DNA of 64,000 bases from an uncultured Candidatus Saccharibacteria bacterium (GCA_964556655.1 CAZKWY010000001.1:7528-71527), one strand, 5' to 3'; positions 45,962-56,272 are shown, counted from the first letter of the stretch. The notes: a model not told the origin generated them from the letters alone. Numbers and translations are program-made.

Positions 45962-48509
45962 ATTCTATTCTTATTTCAACAATATCTTCTGCTTTATTAA
46001 GCGATTTATCATAAACTCTTGCTTTGATAATTTGTTTTTCAGAAGAATGGTCTAGATAAGAAACAATAGGCAGAGTCAAAGAATAAGGCACACGAGTATC
46101 GACTCCGATTAAATAGTCGTTGAAGTAAAATTCTACTTGGCTAACTTTTAATAATGATTTTACTTGAGCAGAAATAGTTAATTCTGATTTTTTTATTGTT
46201 TCGTTGTTTTTAGGAGAGATGATTTTAATATTAATGCTTTCTTCAGGCGAATTGTTTCCATTCTGGCAGGATTGGCAGGGCGGAGTTTGATTATAACAAA
46301 TGTCTTCGGAGCACCCTTGTTCTTGCGCCCATAAAAGAACTGGCGCTTCCCAGTTGTTGAACTGGGGGTCTTGGCTGGGGTTTTTCGGATAATCGCCCAG
46401 AGGATTATCTTTATCAACATAGTAAAGAATATTATGCGCTTGGCGATAATTTCTTTCTTCTATTAGGCCAATAGGAGTTTCGCCAGTAGCAGCCTCTCCG
46501 GTTTTTTTGTTAATAAGAACAGTTGTTTGAGAAAAAAATTCTCCATTTAACATTGGTTTAGTTGGCGGGTTGTTTTCTTGAGGAGGAGCGAACTCTTCAT
46601 TCTGGATGGGCAGATTGAAATAATTATTAGTTGATTTTTTTTCTTTTTTTGTTTCTTCTTTTGCTTGGTAGCTTTTTTCCATAAAAGCTTTCCATATAGG
46701 GGCGGCCACATAAAGACCGGCTGCTCCCGGCTTCATTTTTTGAGAATAATCGTTATTACCAGCCCAGACTCCTACTACTAAGCTGGGCGTGTATCCTACA
46801 GTCCAGCCGTCGCTGTAGTTTTGCGTGGTGCCTGTTTTAGCGGCGGCGGAACGGCCTGGCAGGTAGAGATCTGACTGAGGGCCAAACATAGGCACGCGCG
46901 CTGCTTCATCAGAAAGGATGCTGTTAATTTGACGCGCGGTTTGCGCTTCAAGCACTCTTATAGAATCAGGGCGGTATTCTTCTAGGATATTTCCTTGGGC
47001 ATCCTCTATCTTTAAAATGATGGCTGCCTTGTTCTTAATCCCCTCGGCGGCAAAAACGCCATAGGCGGCTGTTTCATCAAAAAGCTTTACTTCTCCGCCT
47101 CCTAGAACCAGAGAAAGGCCGTATGCTTTTCTGTTTTTGAGGGTAGAGATGCCCATATCGTGGGCAAGATTAATGGTTTCCTCTATTCCTGCCAGGTAAA
47201 GCGTTTTTACCGAAGTTACGTTAATAGATTGGGCCAGAGAATTTCTCATGCTAATAGGGCCGCGATACTGAAGGTCGTAGTTTTTAGGCAAATAAAGTTG
47301 TTCGCCAGCGCCAAAATTGGTAGGCATGTCAAAAAGCATTGTTTCTGGGGTATATCCTTTTCTAAAAGCGGCAGCATAGGCAAAGGGCTTAAAAGAAGAT
47401 CCTGGCTGGCGATAGGGGCTGGTAGCTACATTAAACTGGTCTTCTTGATAATTCTTTGATCCTACCAAAGCCACTACATGGCCTGTTTTAGGATCAATAG
47501 CGACTAGAGCGCCATTGTTCGCGCTATATTTTTGCTGGTTTTTTTCCACTCCTTCGGCTACTATTTCTTCGGCGATCTGCTGGAGATCCCAGTCTAAAGT
47601 AGTGTAAACCTTAAGGCCCGCTTTGTTAATGTCAGCATAAGTTTGCTGGTAGTTTTTCTCTAGGTATTCTTTAACCATAGCAACAAAATGATGCGCTTTT
47701 AGATCTTTCTGGCTGGCGTATTTTATTTCTTCATCTTTGGCTTCTTGCGCTTGCCGCGCCCCTAAATAGCCTAATTGGACCATTCGATCTAAGATATAGT
47801 TTTTTCTTTGTTTTAATTCTTCAACATGAGAGCCATAAGGAGAATAATAGCTGGGAGCTTTAGGCAGGGCCGCTAAGGCGGCTCCCTCCGCGAGAGTAAG
47901 CTCTTTAGCCGATTTGTTAAAAAAAGTTCGGCTGGCGGCTTCTATACCGTAAGCGTTTGAGCCATAAGGAACCTGATTAAGATAGAAGCTCAAAATTTCA
48001 TCTTTCGTATATTTGCTTTCTAGCTCAAGAGATAAGATAGCTTCTTTAATTTTTCTAACAATAGTTCTCTCTGATTGAGGCCCTCCCAGATAGGCGTTTT
48101 TAATAAATTGCTGAGTAATAGTAGATCCACCCTGGGATATTCTTTTTTGGGTGATATTTGACCAAGCGGCTCTAAGGATGCCGCGCCAGTCTAAGCCGAT
48201 ATGATGATAAAAATTATCGTCTTCTATGGCAATAGTAGCCTCTTTGATAAATTGGGGAATTTCTTTATAGGGGATGACGGTCCTTTTTTCTTCGCCATGG
48301 ATGTCGTAAAGAATGACTTCTCCGCTGCGATCATATATTTTGGTTGATTCGATGATTTCTCTTTGCCCCATATTATTAGGATTAGGCAGGTCCTTGGCAA
48401 AATAAGCGAAGAGAAAGATAGTCCCTAAAAGACCGAAGACAAAGCAAAAAACAGCTAACTTAAAAGCTACTTTAACAATTCCCAGGCTTGTTATTCTTTT
48501 GATACTCAT
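45960..48509 (-). CDS. Class A penicillin-binding protein (transglycosylase-transpeptidase) with C-terminal Ig-like domain
   Basis: AIEDDNF, QGGSTITQQ, GSSFKP, SIN, KTGT. Confidence 0.93.
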   Translation of the reverse strand: MSIKRITSLGIVKVAFKLAVFCFVFGLLGTIFLFAYFAKDLPNPNNMGQREIIESTKIYDRSGEVILYDIHGEEKRTVIPYKEIPQFIKEATIAIEDDNFYHHIGLDWRGILRAAWSNITQKRISQGGSTITQQFIKNAYLGGPQSERTIVRKIKEAILSLELESKYTKDEILSFYLNQVPYGSNAYGIEAASRTFFNKSAKELTLAEGAALAALPKAPSYYSPYGSHVEELKQRKNYILDRMVQLGYLGARQAQEAKDEEIKYASQKDLKAHHFVAMVKEYLEKNYQQTYADINKAGLKVYTTLDWDLQQIAEEIVAEGVEKNQQKYSANNGALVAIDPKTGHVVALVGSKNYQEDQFNVATSPYRQPGSSFKPFAYAAAFRKGYTPETMLFDMPTNFGAGEQLYLPKNYDLQYRGPISMRNSLAQSINVTSVKTLYLAGIEETINLAHDMGISTLKNRKAYGLSLVLGGGEVKLFDETAAYGVFAAEGIKNKAAIILKIEDAQGNILEEYRPDSIRVLEAQTARQINSILSDEAARVPMFGPQSDLYLPGRSAAAKTGTTQNYSDGWTVGYTPSLVVGVWAGNNDYSQKMKPGAAGLYVAAPIWKAFMEKSYQAKEETKKEKKSTNNYFNLPIQNEEFAPPQENNPPTKPMLNGEFFSQTTVLINKKTGEAATGETPIGLIEERNYRQAHNILYYVDKDNPLGDYPKNPSQDPQFNNWEAPVLLWAQEQGCSEDICYNQTPPCQSCQNGNNSPEESINIKIISPKNNETIKKSELTISAQVKSLLKVSQVEFYFNDYLIGVDTRVPYSLTLPIVSYLDHSSEKQIIKARVYDKSLNKAEDIVEIRIE

Positions 48510-48714
48510 TCTTATAATAATGCCAAAATTAAATATTTTTGGCAAGAAAATTACTCAATAAAAAATCTCTTCTTGAGAGAAAAAATCCTATAGCTAGCAG
48601 GATATTTTAATTTTTTGCTTAAAAGATAATCAATAGTTTCCCCGGCCGAGTTCATTTTTTTTCGTGATGAGGGAAGTGGTGGATCTATAATCCAGGAAAA
48701 GAGCAAGATGTCAT

Positions 48715-50211
48715 TTATCCTTTAGCGATAAAGTGAGGAAAAAATATTTTTTTTAGTTTGAGCAGACGGATCGGTCTCAAATCAAATGATTGATAAACAG
48801 CCTCGGCGACGCTTTTGGCCCATTCGTTAAGAGATTGATAATTATCTTGGGCTAGAGTTCTGTTTAAGGAGAGAATGCGGCAGAGTCTTCTGTTGGGGCT
48901 GAAATGAGATTTCTTAAAAGGGACGCCATCAGAAATAAGGAATTCTTCTTCTTTTTCGAGGTGTTTTAAATGGTATCCCGGGCGCAAGTAAGATAGTTTT
49001 CCTTGTTTAAGGCGATAGATTCCTGCCTTGGTTTGTTTATGGTTTCTTGCCCAGTGGCCGGTAAGATTATGCGGGAAGAGCTGGCTTCCTCTTTTGGCTT
49101 GTCTTATCAGGCGATTAATCTCTTGGCAGTTGATGCGGTAGGGATGATTAAGGAATTCCAGCGCGTGGAATCCTATTAGAGGAGGTTCGTTATTAATAGT
49201 TTGGCACATTGTTAAAGCAGGGAAGGACCCTAAAAGGCGCGGATTGCATTCAATTAAAAAAAGTTTTTCTGTTTTTTGGTCTAAAATAAAATCTAATCCA
49301 AAAATGCCTTGATATCCCCGCTGATGGAAATAAAGGCCGATTTTTTCTACCATTTCGTAAGCTTGATGAAGAATTTTTTCAGAAAAGGAAGAGCTTGTCC
49401 AGTCATGGCCACAGAAAAGGCCGCTTCCTTTTTCTGGATTGTAGAGCTGGGGAATATCTAGAATTTGCAATTGGGGATTAGTGGAGAGAATCCCTTGCCT
49501 GGTTACACAGCCAGTAATGCTGGGAGAAGGGCCGTGGATAAATTGAGCTACAATGGCTTCAGTAGGCGGACGGATTATTTTCGCTTCTTCCTTGTTCCAT
49601 TTTTCTTCTAGTTTAGCAATGGCCTTCTGAAAATCTTCTTTATTCTTAATAAAAAAAGTTCCTTTTCCGCCCCCCTTGGCGGGATGTTGAATAACGAAAG
49701 GAAGGCCGTATTTATTAACAAGATGGCCGTAATGGAGGCGACGGGGCGTATCTATTTTTCCCGGCGGAAGATTAAGCTTTAGCTCTTGGGCGATTTTTCT
49801 GAAATTAACTTTGTCTTCAAATAGTTTTTTGCCAAAATTAGTAGGGTTGCTCATTAAAAGCCAATTATTTTCTTGGCATACTTTTTCCATTTTTTCAGAC
49901 GATTTATAAACAGTAATCGCCGGCCGATCGAATTGGTTTAAGTATTTTTTAGTTTTGGGGTGATCTAAGATAGTAGTGGCGTTGCGCGGTGCTTGAATAT
50001 GCTTGGTGCCCATGCCTTTTTCTAGAGAAAGAGTAGGGACATCTTTTTCGATTAAAGCGGTATCTAAACTATAGCGCAAGGCAAGAAGACGGTAATTAGA
50101 AGTGATTTCTTCTAGTCCTAGCCGATCAAAAGCATAAGCCCCCGCGCCGAAGAGGGGATTTTTGATTTCTTTAAAGGCTTGCTTGAGGGAGGAAAGGTCT
50201 TTAACTTCCAT
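48715..50211 (-). CDS. ATP-grasp peptide ligase (PGM1-like)
   Basis: EDKVNFR, PFVIQ..GGKGTF, GIFGLDF, IECNPR. Confidence 0.8.
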   Translation of the reverse strand: MEVKDLSSLKQAFKEIKNPLFGAGAYAFDRLGLEEITSNYRLLALRYSLDTALIEKDVPTLSLEKGMGTKHIQAPRNATTILDHPKTKKYLNQFDRPAITVYKSSEKMEKVCQENNWLLMSNPTNFGKKLFEDKVNFRKIAQELKLNLPPGKIDTPRRLHYGHLVNKYGLPFVIQHPAKGGGKGTFFIKNKEDFQKAIAKLEEKWNKEEAKIIRPPTEAIVAQFIHGPSPSITGCVTRQGILSTNPQLQILDIPQLYNPEKGSGLFCGHDWTSSSFSEKILHQAYEMVEKIGLYFHQRGYQGIFGLDFILDQKTEKLFLIECNPRLLGSFPALTMCQTINNEPPLIGFHALEFLNHPYRINCQEINRLIRQAKRGSQLFPHNLTGHWARNHKQTKAGIYRLKQGKLSYLRPGYHLKHLEKEEEFLISDGVPFKKSHFSPNRRLCRILSLNRTLAQDNYQSLNEWAKSVAEAVYQSFDLRPIRLLKLKKIFFPHFIAKG

Positions 50212-50216
50212 AAGGG

Positions 50217-51548
50217 CTAAGTTCGTTTAATTTTTTTGCCCATAAAGACATTTTTGGCTGGATCTACTAAAAATCTTTTTAAGTCTCTCCGACCGATAAT
50301 AATATCATATTTCATTTCTTTTCTGTCGGCAAGAAAAACTTCTGCGCTGACAATTCTTTTGTCTAAAACAAAGGAAGCTTGGATGAGGGGTCTCTCTTGA
50401 GCCCCTAGGGCGCCGCGGACTTTTTTGTAGCCGATAATTTTTTCATCAAGGCCTAATTTTTCCGCTAGACTTTTGCAGACAGTTGTATGATAAGCGCCAG
50501 TATCTATTTTGGCTATTGCGCTATGCTTGTTTTTGTCTTTGTCGATTATCTCGACTGGTTCGTTAATGCCAATGACTTTGCGTCCGGAAATTTCTTCCAG
50601 TTCCTCTTCTACTTCTCCGCCAAAGAGATCTCGGGCGATCTGAACTCCTTTAGAAACATTTTTAATCTTTAGCCCCTTTACTCTTTGGAGCTTTTCTTTA
50701 AGAGAGGAGAGATTGGCGATTTGAATAGAGAGTCCCGGCCGGGCATTAAGCTCTAAAATAACAGGGCCTTTTTCTCTATCAATAGCGATATCAACGCCCA
50801 AGAAGCCAATGCGGCTGGTCTCTTGGGCGTTGATAGCCATTCTCAAAACTTCTTTCCACTCGGGAATATGGATGCCGCTAAGGAGCAGGCGGCTTTGGGG
50901 CAAATATTCAATAATTTTGTCTTTTTGAATAGCAGTGGTAGTAACTCCGCTGCCCATATCGATGCCTACGCCAATGCCTCCCAAGTGAAGATTGGCTTTA
51001 CCGCCAGATTCTTTAGTGGGCAGGCGCAGTTCGGCCATGACTGGAATAGAGTTGTAAACGATGATTCTAATATCAGGAATGCCGCGGTAAACATAGGGCT
51101 TGAAGAGCTTAAGCAGTTTGATGCGCTCTTCAAAAAAAGCGGTGTCAGGTAGATTGGAAAGAGAATAATTACCTTCAATAATGTTATAGATATGGTTCTG
51201 GAGATCTTTAACGTCAATCAACTTTTTATCAGCTTTAATCCAAGAATAGGGAAATTTCTTTTTGCGGCCGTAAACAATAATGATGCCCTCGCCTGCTAGC
51301 CCTCGATTAGGCTTGAGGGCGAAAGTGGAAGGAAGATTGCGCCAGTCAAGGTTTTTTATCTGGCTTGGCCTCTCAACCACAGAAAAAGTTTGCAGAACAG
51401 GCAAGCCTGCTCGACTAAGGACTTTTTTGGCCAGAAGCTTGTTGTCAGCAATACGAACAGCCCTCATCTTATTTGAGGGCCGGAGGTAGTTAAGATTTCG
51501 CGCGTTGATTCCCAGGACGTATTGAGATTTCTTAAAAAAATCTAGCAT
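50217..51548 (-). CDS. Alpha-L-glutamate ligase-like ATP-grasp (RimK/ATPgrasp_ST) fused to C-terminal retropepsin-like aspartic protease
   Basis: LGINARN, DNKL, KPNRG, ELRLPT..GKANLHLGG, LELNARPGL; then AKIDTGA..IIIGR. Confidence 0.85.
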   Translation of the reverse strand: MLDFFKKSQYVLGINARNLNYLRPSNKMRAVRIADNKLLAKKVLSRAGLPVLQTFSVVERPSQIKNLDWRNLPSTFALKPNRGLAGEGIIIVYGRKKKFPYSWIKADKKLIDVKDLQNHIYNIIEGNYSLSNLPDTAFFEERIKLLKLFKPYVYRGIPDIRIIVYNSIPVMAELRLPTKESGGKANLHLGGIGVGIDMGSGVTTTAIQKDKIIEYLPQSRLLLSGIHIPEWKEVLRMAINAQETSRIGFLGVDIAIDREKGPVILELNARPGLSIQIANLSSLKEKLQRVKGLKIKNVSKGVQIARDLFGGEVEEELEEISGRKVIGINEPVEIIDKDKNKHSAIAKIDTGAYHTTVCKSLAEKLGLDEKIIGYKKVRGALGAQERPLIQASFVLDKRIVSAEVFLADRKEMKYDIIIGRRDLKRFLVDPAKNVFMGKKIKRT

Positions 51549-51561
51549 TTAACGGATTAAG

Positions 51562-52224
51562 TTATTTTTTTTCAGGCAATTCCACTTCTTTAATAACAGT
51601 CTTGAAGCGAAAATATTCAGAAAGGCGCAAGCCGGTCCATTTACTTAGGATGAAATTAATTAAAAGAGCTCCGACAATAGTCCATAAGGGAAAGTTAAGG
51701 GCTTGGTTTTTTGCCCATGGGCAAACGATCGCGCCGTAGCAAACCAAGGAGAGGAAAAGAGTTTCAGCAGTCAGAAGAACAGCGCCTTTAGGGCCTCTTT
51801 CAATTTGGGCAGCGACAAATTTTTCCACCAAGGTAATCATAATTAAAATAGCGAAAATAGAGCTATAAGGAGGCCCGCTTTGGCCTAAGAGAGGAGCGAT
51901 CAAAAGAAGCGCTAGAATAGCCAATGTAGTAAAAGTTAGGATAATGGCCATGCGAGGGAGGTAAAGCATTCTGATTTTTTTTAGCGCTAATCTAGCTAGA
52001 CTACCAGCAAGAAAAATAGTAACAAAAAAAGCTAGGCCGTATTTTAGGCCGATAGACCAAAAAGCGAAGGCAAGAATAAGGGGGGTATAAATGCCGAATC
52101 CTTTGATGCCAATAACCTGGCGGGCAAAAGCAACAATAGTAGCCGCGACAGGCAGGAGGAGCAAGAAAACGATTGTTTCTTGAGGGACTCCTTGGTTGAT
52201 AATATATTGGGTTAATGGGGACAT
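51562..52224 (-). CDS. 7TM domain protein (7TM_transglut-like)
   Basis: RQVIGIKGFGIYTP, YLPR, WTGLRLSEYFRF. Confidence 0.85.
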   Translation of the reverse strand: MSPLTQYIINQGVPQETIVFLLLLPVAATIVAFARQVIGIKGFGIYTPLILAFAFWSIGLKYGLAFFVTIFLAGSLARLALKKIRMLYLPRMAIILTFTTLAILALLLIAPLLGQSGPPYSSIFAILIMITLVEKFVAAQIERGPKGAVLLTAETLFLSLVCYGAIVCPWAKNQALNFPLWTIVGALLINFILSKWTGLRLSEYFRFKTVIKEVELPEKK

Positions 52225-52706
52225 TTGAATTGGTAATTATTTATTGAATGAGCGCAACAAATAGCAGCCGCAAGAGCGTCAGCGGCATCGTCTGGCTTAG
52301 GAATTTCTTTAAGATCAAGAATAATTTTAACCATCTGCTGAATTTGTTTTTTATCTGCTCGGCCGTAACCGGTAACTGCTTGTTTAATTTGAAGCGGAGA
52401 ATATTCTTCAATAGTTAATTTAGCTCGACAGACTCTGGCAAGAACGACTCCTCGCGCTTGGCTGACTTTCACCGCTGTTTTAAGATTTTTAAAGAAAAAA
52501 ATATCTTCTATCGCCGCTTTTTCAGGTCGATATTTTTTTATAACGCTTTTTAGCTGCTGGTCTATAATTTGAAGGCGTTGAGCAGTGGCAAGATGGTTTT
52601 TGGTGATAATACATCCATAATCAATCAATTTTATTTTATGGGACTCTTTGGAGATAAGGCCGTAGCCAGTAAGGGCAGTCCCTGGATCAATGCCAAGGAT
52701 AATCAT
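52212..52706 (-). CDS. ruvC: Holliday junction resolvase RuvC
   Basis: ILGIDPG, QARGV, GYGRADK, PDDAADALA. Confidence 0.96.
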   Translation of the reverse strand: MIILGIDPGTALTGYGLISKESHKIKLIDYGCIITKNHLATAQRLQIIDQQLKSVIKKYRPEKAAIEDIFFFKNLKTAVKVSQARGVVLARVCRAKLTIEEYSPLQIKQAVTGYGRADKKQIQQMVKIILDLKEIPKPDDAADALAAAICCAHSINNYQFKCPH

Positions 52707-52736
52707 AAAAATATTTTTTAAAAAGCTTCTACGGGA

Positions 52737-53276
52737 TTATTTAAGACTGGAATATATTTCCTGAACATCGTCATTTTCGTCAAGCGCTTCGAAGATTTTT
52801 TCTAGCTGGTTATTGGTTTTTTCGTCGCTTATTCCCATTGGATATTTGGCAAGCCATTCGTTGCCTTTTTTATCAAACATATATTTAACGCTTCCGGCTT
52901 CTGCTAATTTGCCGTCAAATTTATTGAGGATTTGCTTGATTTCTGATAGAGTGCGGTTTTTGTTATCAGTAATTCCTTCAATGATTAAAGCAATCCCGCC
53001 AGGCCCGTAAGCTTCGTAAGTAAATTCTTCAATGCTTTCGCTCCCTGTCTGCCCCGCCCCTTTTTTAATAGCCCGTTCAATATTTTCTTTGGGCATATTG
53101 AATTGCTGGGCTTTTTCGATGGCAGCGCGGAGACGCGGATTAGTTTCAGGGTCGCCGCCCTTTTCGCGGGCGGCAATAGTAATAAGGCGGGATATTTTGC
53201 TGAAAACCTTACCCCGCTTAGCGTCAGTAGAGCCCTTTTTGTGTCTAATGGAATGCCAGTGGCTATGACCAGACAT
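52737..53276 (-). CDS. yebC: YebC/PmpR family protein (shortened)
   Basis: MSGHSHW, YEAYGPGG, TDNKNRT, DDVQEIY. Confidence 0.94.
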   Translation of the reverse strand: MSGHSHWHSIRHKKGSTDAKRGKVFSKISRLITIAAREKGGDPETNPRLRAAIEKAQQFNMPKENIERAIKKGAGQTGSESIEEFTYEAYGPGGIALIIEGITDNKNRTLSEIKQILNKFDGKLAEAGSVKYMFDKKGNEWLAKYPMGISDEKTNNQLEKIFEALDENDDVQEIYSSLK

Positions 53277-53317
53277 GTTCTTATGATACTATTTGGCTTT
53301 TATTGGTGTCAACTTAT

Positions 53318-54913
53318 TTAGTTCTTAAAAATTTTTTGCGGATGGGTTTTTCGCCATTTTCTCCATTTGATAGCCAGCCATGCCATTGCCAAGCCGGCTC
53401 CGGAAGCTGATAGCGCTAGTGGGAGGAGATTTTTCTTGTTGGCAGTATTTTGGTTAAGGCTGGCAAAATGAAGAGATAGCGAGGCAGCAGAATCTTTCCC
53501 TGTTAAACTTGCCATAGAAGTAGAGCTTGTGGATGTTTTTTCTTCCCCCTTGTCTTCTTGGTTTTTGGCTAAAGAGAGATTACCTTGAGGAAAGGATGGT
53601 GTTTCTTTGCTCTTCTTTACAGAAAAACGGCGGTTCTCTTCTATAAGGGCGAGCGGTTGGTGGCTGGTAATAATGTTTTTTGATCCTGGCGTAGGCTGGT
53701 TGGTCCAATGATAATCTCTTCCATCAAAAGACAAAGAAGATCCTGCGGCGCTTTGGCGGTAGTTAATTTCGCAGGCCAAAGAGTTATTGGGATAAAAAAG
53801 TCTTATTTGATCTTGCTCATTATTAAAGGAAAGCTTGGTTGTCTCTTTTTTCAAAACTAAAAATTGCTGGGGGCCGAGAAAGGTGTTCTCGGGGAAGACA
53901 AAAGGGCTGCTTCCTTCTTCTCTGTCATCAATTGTCCAGCCAGAAAGGTTGGCTATGTTTTCGCTTTGGTTAAAAAGCTCCAGCCATTCGCGGTCATCGC
54001 TTCCTTTGGGATTAGGCATCGCTTCATTAATAATAATGGAATCTTGATAAACATTAATTGAAATGATGTCGGTATCAGAAAGGATGCCGTCAGAGGCAAA
54101 GAGACTAGCGAGATATTGGCCGGGATAATGGTAGATATGGTTTACCCGCTCTCCTTCTTGACTGGCCCCATCGCCAAAACTCCAAAAAAAATTCAATAGT
54201 TCGTTTTCGGGATCGTAAGAATTACTGGCGTCAAAGGAAATATTTTGTCCTACCAAAGCAATGAGGTCGGGTCCGGCTTGCGCTTGGGGAGGGCGATTGA
54301 TTGAAGTATTTTTTTCTTCGGACGAAAAAATAGGCGGATTTTCCGGTTCAGCTTCTTTTTGTTTTAATTGGTTTGGATTTTCTCGTTTTTTTTGCTGGCC
54401 AGCGCTGTTTTCTTCTTTGGGCGTACCGCCGGAAATAGCGCTTGTTTGCCATTGTCCGTCCGATGATTTCTCCATTGTTTGCTTGGTTTCATTGTCCCCA
54501 TTCAGCCAGCCGTTAGAACAATCAACAACATCAATGATCTCGTTTTCTCTGTCGTAGAGTTCTAATTTTTCTCCGCTATTGCCAAGGGCGCCCGTATAAA
54601 TTTGGTCGGCGAAAAGATGGGGAAGCGTTTCTTCGCTAGTTCTTTCTAATAAAAAATAGCCGTGAGCGGCTATTGTGTTGGATAAACTTATTCGCGGGGA
54701 GCCGTCCCGCGCTTTGAGGGTCCATCCCTCTAAGTTGATTTCCTCTGCCGTATTGTTTTTAAGCTCTATCCATTCATGGCGGGGGCTTTTTTCTGTTCCC
54801 ATCCAGGCAATCTCATAAAAAATAATTTCTTTTTGTTCTCCCGCGGCAAGGCAAGGCGTTATTAATACAGCCAATAAGGCGGCTGCTCGAAAACCTGTTT
54901 TGAAGTGAGGCAT
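53318..54913 (-). CDS. Surface protein: lamin-tail domain - PKD - lamin-tail domain, C-terminal TM
   Basis: EIAWMG..EWIELKN, FDASNSYDP..WSFGDG, INEAMPNP..EWLEL, PTPG. Confidence 0.82.
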   Translation of the reverse strand: MPHFKTGFRAAALLAVLITPCLAAGEQKEIIFYEIAWMGTEKSPRHEWIELKNNTAEEINLEGWTLKARDGSPRISLSNTIAAHGYFLLERTSEETLPHLFADQIYTGALGNSGEKLELYDRENEIIDVVDCSNGWLNGDNETKQTMEKSSDGQWQTSAISGGTPKEENSAGQQKKRENPNQLKQKEAEPENPPIFSSEEKNTSINRPPQAQAGPDLIALVGQNISFDASNSYDPENELLNFFWSFGDGASQEGERVNHIYHYPGQYLASLFASDGILSDTDIISINVYQDSIIINEAMPNPKGSDDREWLELFNQSENIANLSGWTIDDREEGSSPFVFPENTFLGPQQFLVLKKETTKLSFNNEQDQIRLFYPNNSLACEINYRQSAAGSSLSFDGRDYHWTNQPTPGSKNIITSHQPLALIEENRRFSVKKSKETPSFPQGNLSLAKNQEDKGEEKTSTSSTSMASLTGKDSAASLSLHFASLNQNTANKKNLLPLALSASGAGLAMAWLAIKWRKWRKTHPQKIFKN

Positions 54914-54920
54914 GTTTTTA

Positions 54921-55931
54921 TTAAAAAAGACTGTTTTCTTCTTCTGGATAAGTTTTCTTAAGGTGGTGGTAAGCGGAAGGAGTAGTTATTCTCCCTCGGG
55001 GAGTGCGGCAAAGAAAGCCTAATTGCATAAGATACGGCTCATAGACATCCGCGATGGTGTCCGTTTCTTCATTGGAAGCTGCGGCCATGGCCTGAAGGCC
55101 TACAGGACCGCCGTTGAATTTCTCGATAATCATTTCTAAGAGGTGGCGGTCTGACGGCTCTAGTCCGAGGTGGTCTATTTCCATCATTGCTAGCGCTTCT
55201 TGGGCCGATTTTTCGTTGATTATTCCGTCTCCTTTAACTTGACTATAATCGCGGACTCTTTTTAAGAGGCGGTTGGCAACTCGCGGAGTTCGCCGAGCTG
55301 ATTGGGCGATTGTTAAAAGAGCTTTTTCGTTTTTTATTTCAACATTCAATATTTGGGCCGAGCGGGCAATAATTTTTTTAATTTCTGAAGGATCGTAAAA
55401 ATCAAGACGATAAGCGGCTCCAAAGCGGCTTCTTAAAGGGGAGGACAAGAGACCGATTCTTGTGGTGGCGCCGATGAGAGTGAAACGAGGCAGATCTAAT
55501 TGGAGGGTGCGCGCCGATGGCCCTTTGCCAATAACAATATCCAAAACAAAATCTTCCATAGCTGGATACAGGGTTTCTTCCACAGTCTTGTTTAGGCGAT
55601 GACATTCATCAATAAAAATGATGTCGCCGTTTTCCAAGTTGGTCAGAATAGAAGCCAAATCTCCGACCTTTTCAATAGCCGGCCCAGAAGTAATTTTAAT
55701 ATGGCGGCCCATTTCTTTGGCGATAATATAGGCAAGACTAGTTTTACCCAGCCCGCTTGGCCCGTGAAGCAGAGTATGGTCGATAGGCTCTCCTCTTCTT
55801 TGCGCGGCCTCTATTAAGATAGAAAGATTTTTCTTTATTTTTTCTTGGCCGATATATTCGTTAAAACTTCTAGGGCGCAAAGTGTTTTCTATGGTTTTGT
55901 CTTCGCTTTTTTTTTGCGAATTAGTAAGCAT
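54921..55931 (-). CDS. ruvB: Holliday junction helicase RuvB
   Basis: [31 protein letters not shown]. Confidence 0.97.
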   Translation of the reverse strand: MLTNSQKKSEDKTIENTLRPRSFNEYIGQEKIKKNLSILIEAAQRRGEPIDHTLLHGPSGLGKTSLAYIIAKEMGRHIKITSGPAIEKVGDLASILTNLENGDIIFIDECHRLNKTVEETLYPAMEDFVLDIVIGKGPSARTLQLDLPRFTLIGATTRIGLLSSPLRSRFGAAYRLDFYDPSEIKKIIARSAQILNVEIKNEKALLTIAQSARRTPRVANRLLKRVRDYSQVKGDGIINEKSAQEALAMMEIDHLGLEPSDRHLLEMIIEKFNGGPVGLQAMAAASNEETDTIADVYEPYLMQLGFLCRTPRGRITTPSAYHHLKKTYPEEENSLF

Positions 55932-55994
55932 AATTTGATTGAGGATGCTCCTCTCTCTATTGACAAAGATTTATAAATCTGTTATTATCTCAAA

Positions 55995-56272
55995 AATGGA
56001 GAAATAAAACTCCATTATTTTTAATCTTTGACAAACTGCAGGCAATAGGGCTTTTTATTTTATGAGACAGCCCGATGGGATTTCCTCTTAGTTTTCGGAT
56101 ATCCTGGCGCCTTCCACTTACTTGCTAAGAGGCATGATGATAAAACATCAAACGGTGAAAACCGCTTTTCTGTTGGCAAGTAAGTGGGAGGACAAGCTGG
56201 GTTATTCCTCGGAGCAATCTTTCTTTCTGTCCTCAGGCAGAGAGTCTTTGCCTGCAGCTTGGCAAAGATTAA
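55995..56272 (+). ncRNA. Candidate rod-shaped structured RNA (6S/SsrS-like)
   Basis: Promoter TTGACA-N17-TATTAT (55960-55988); ends pair (56021../..56272); inner 19-bp stem 56110-56128/56173-56191. Confidence 0.6.
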
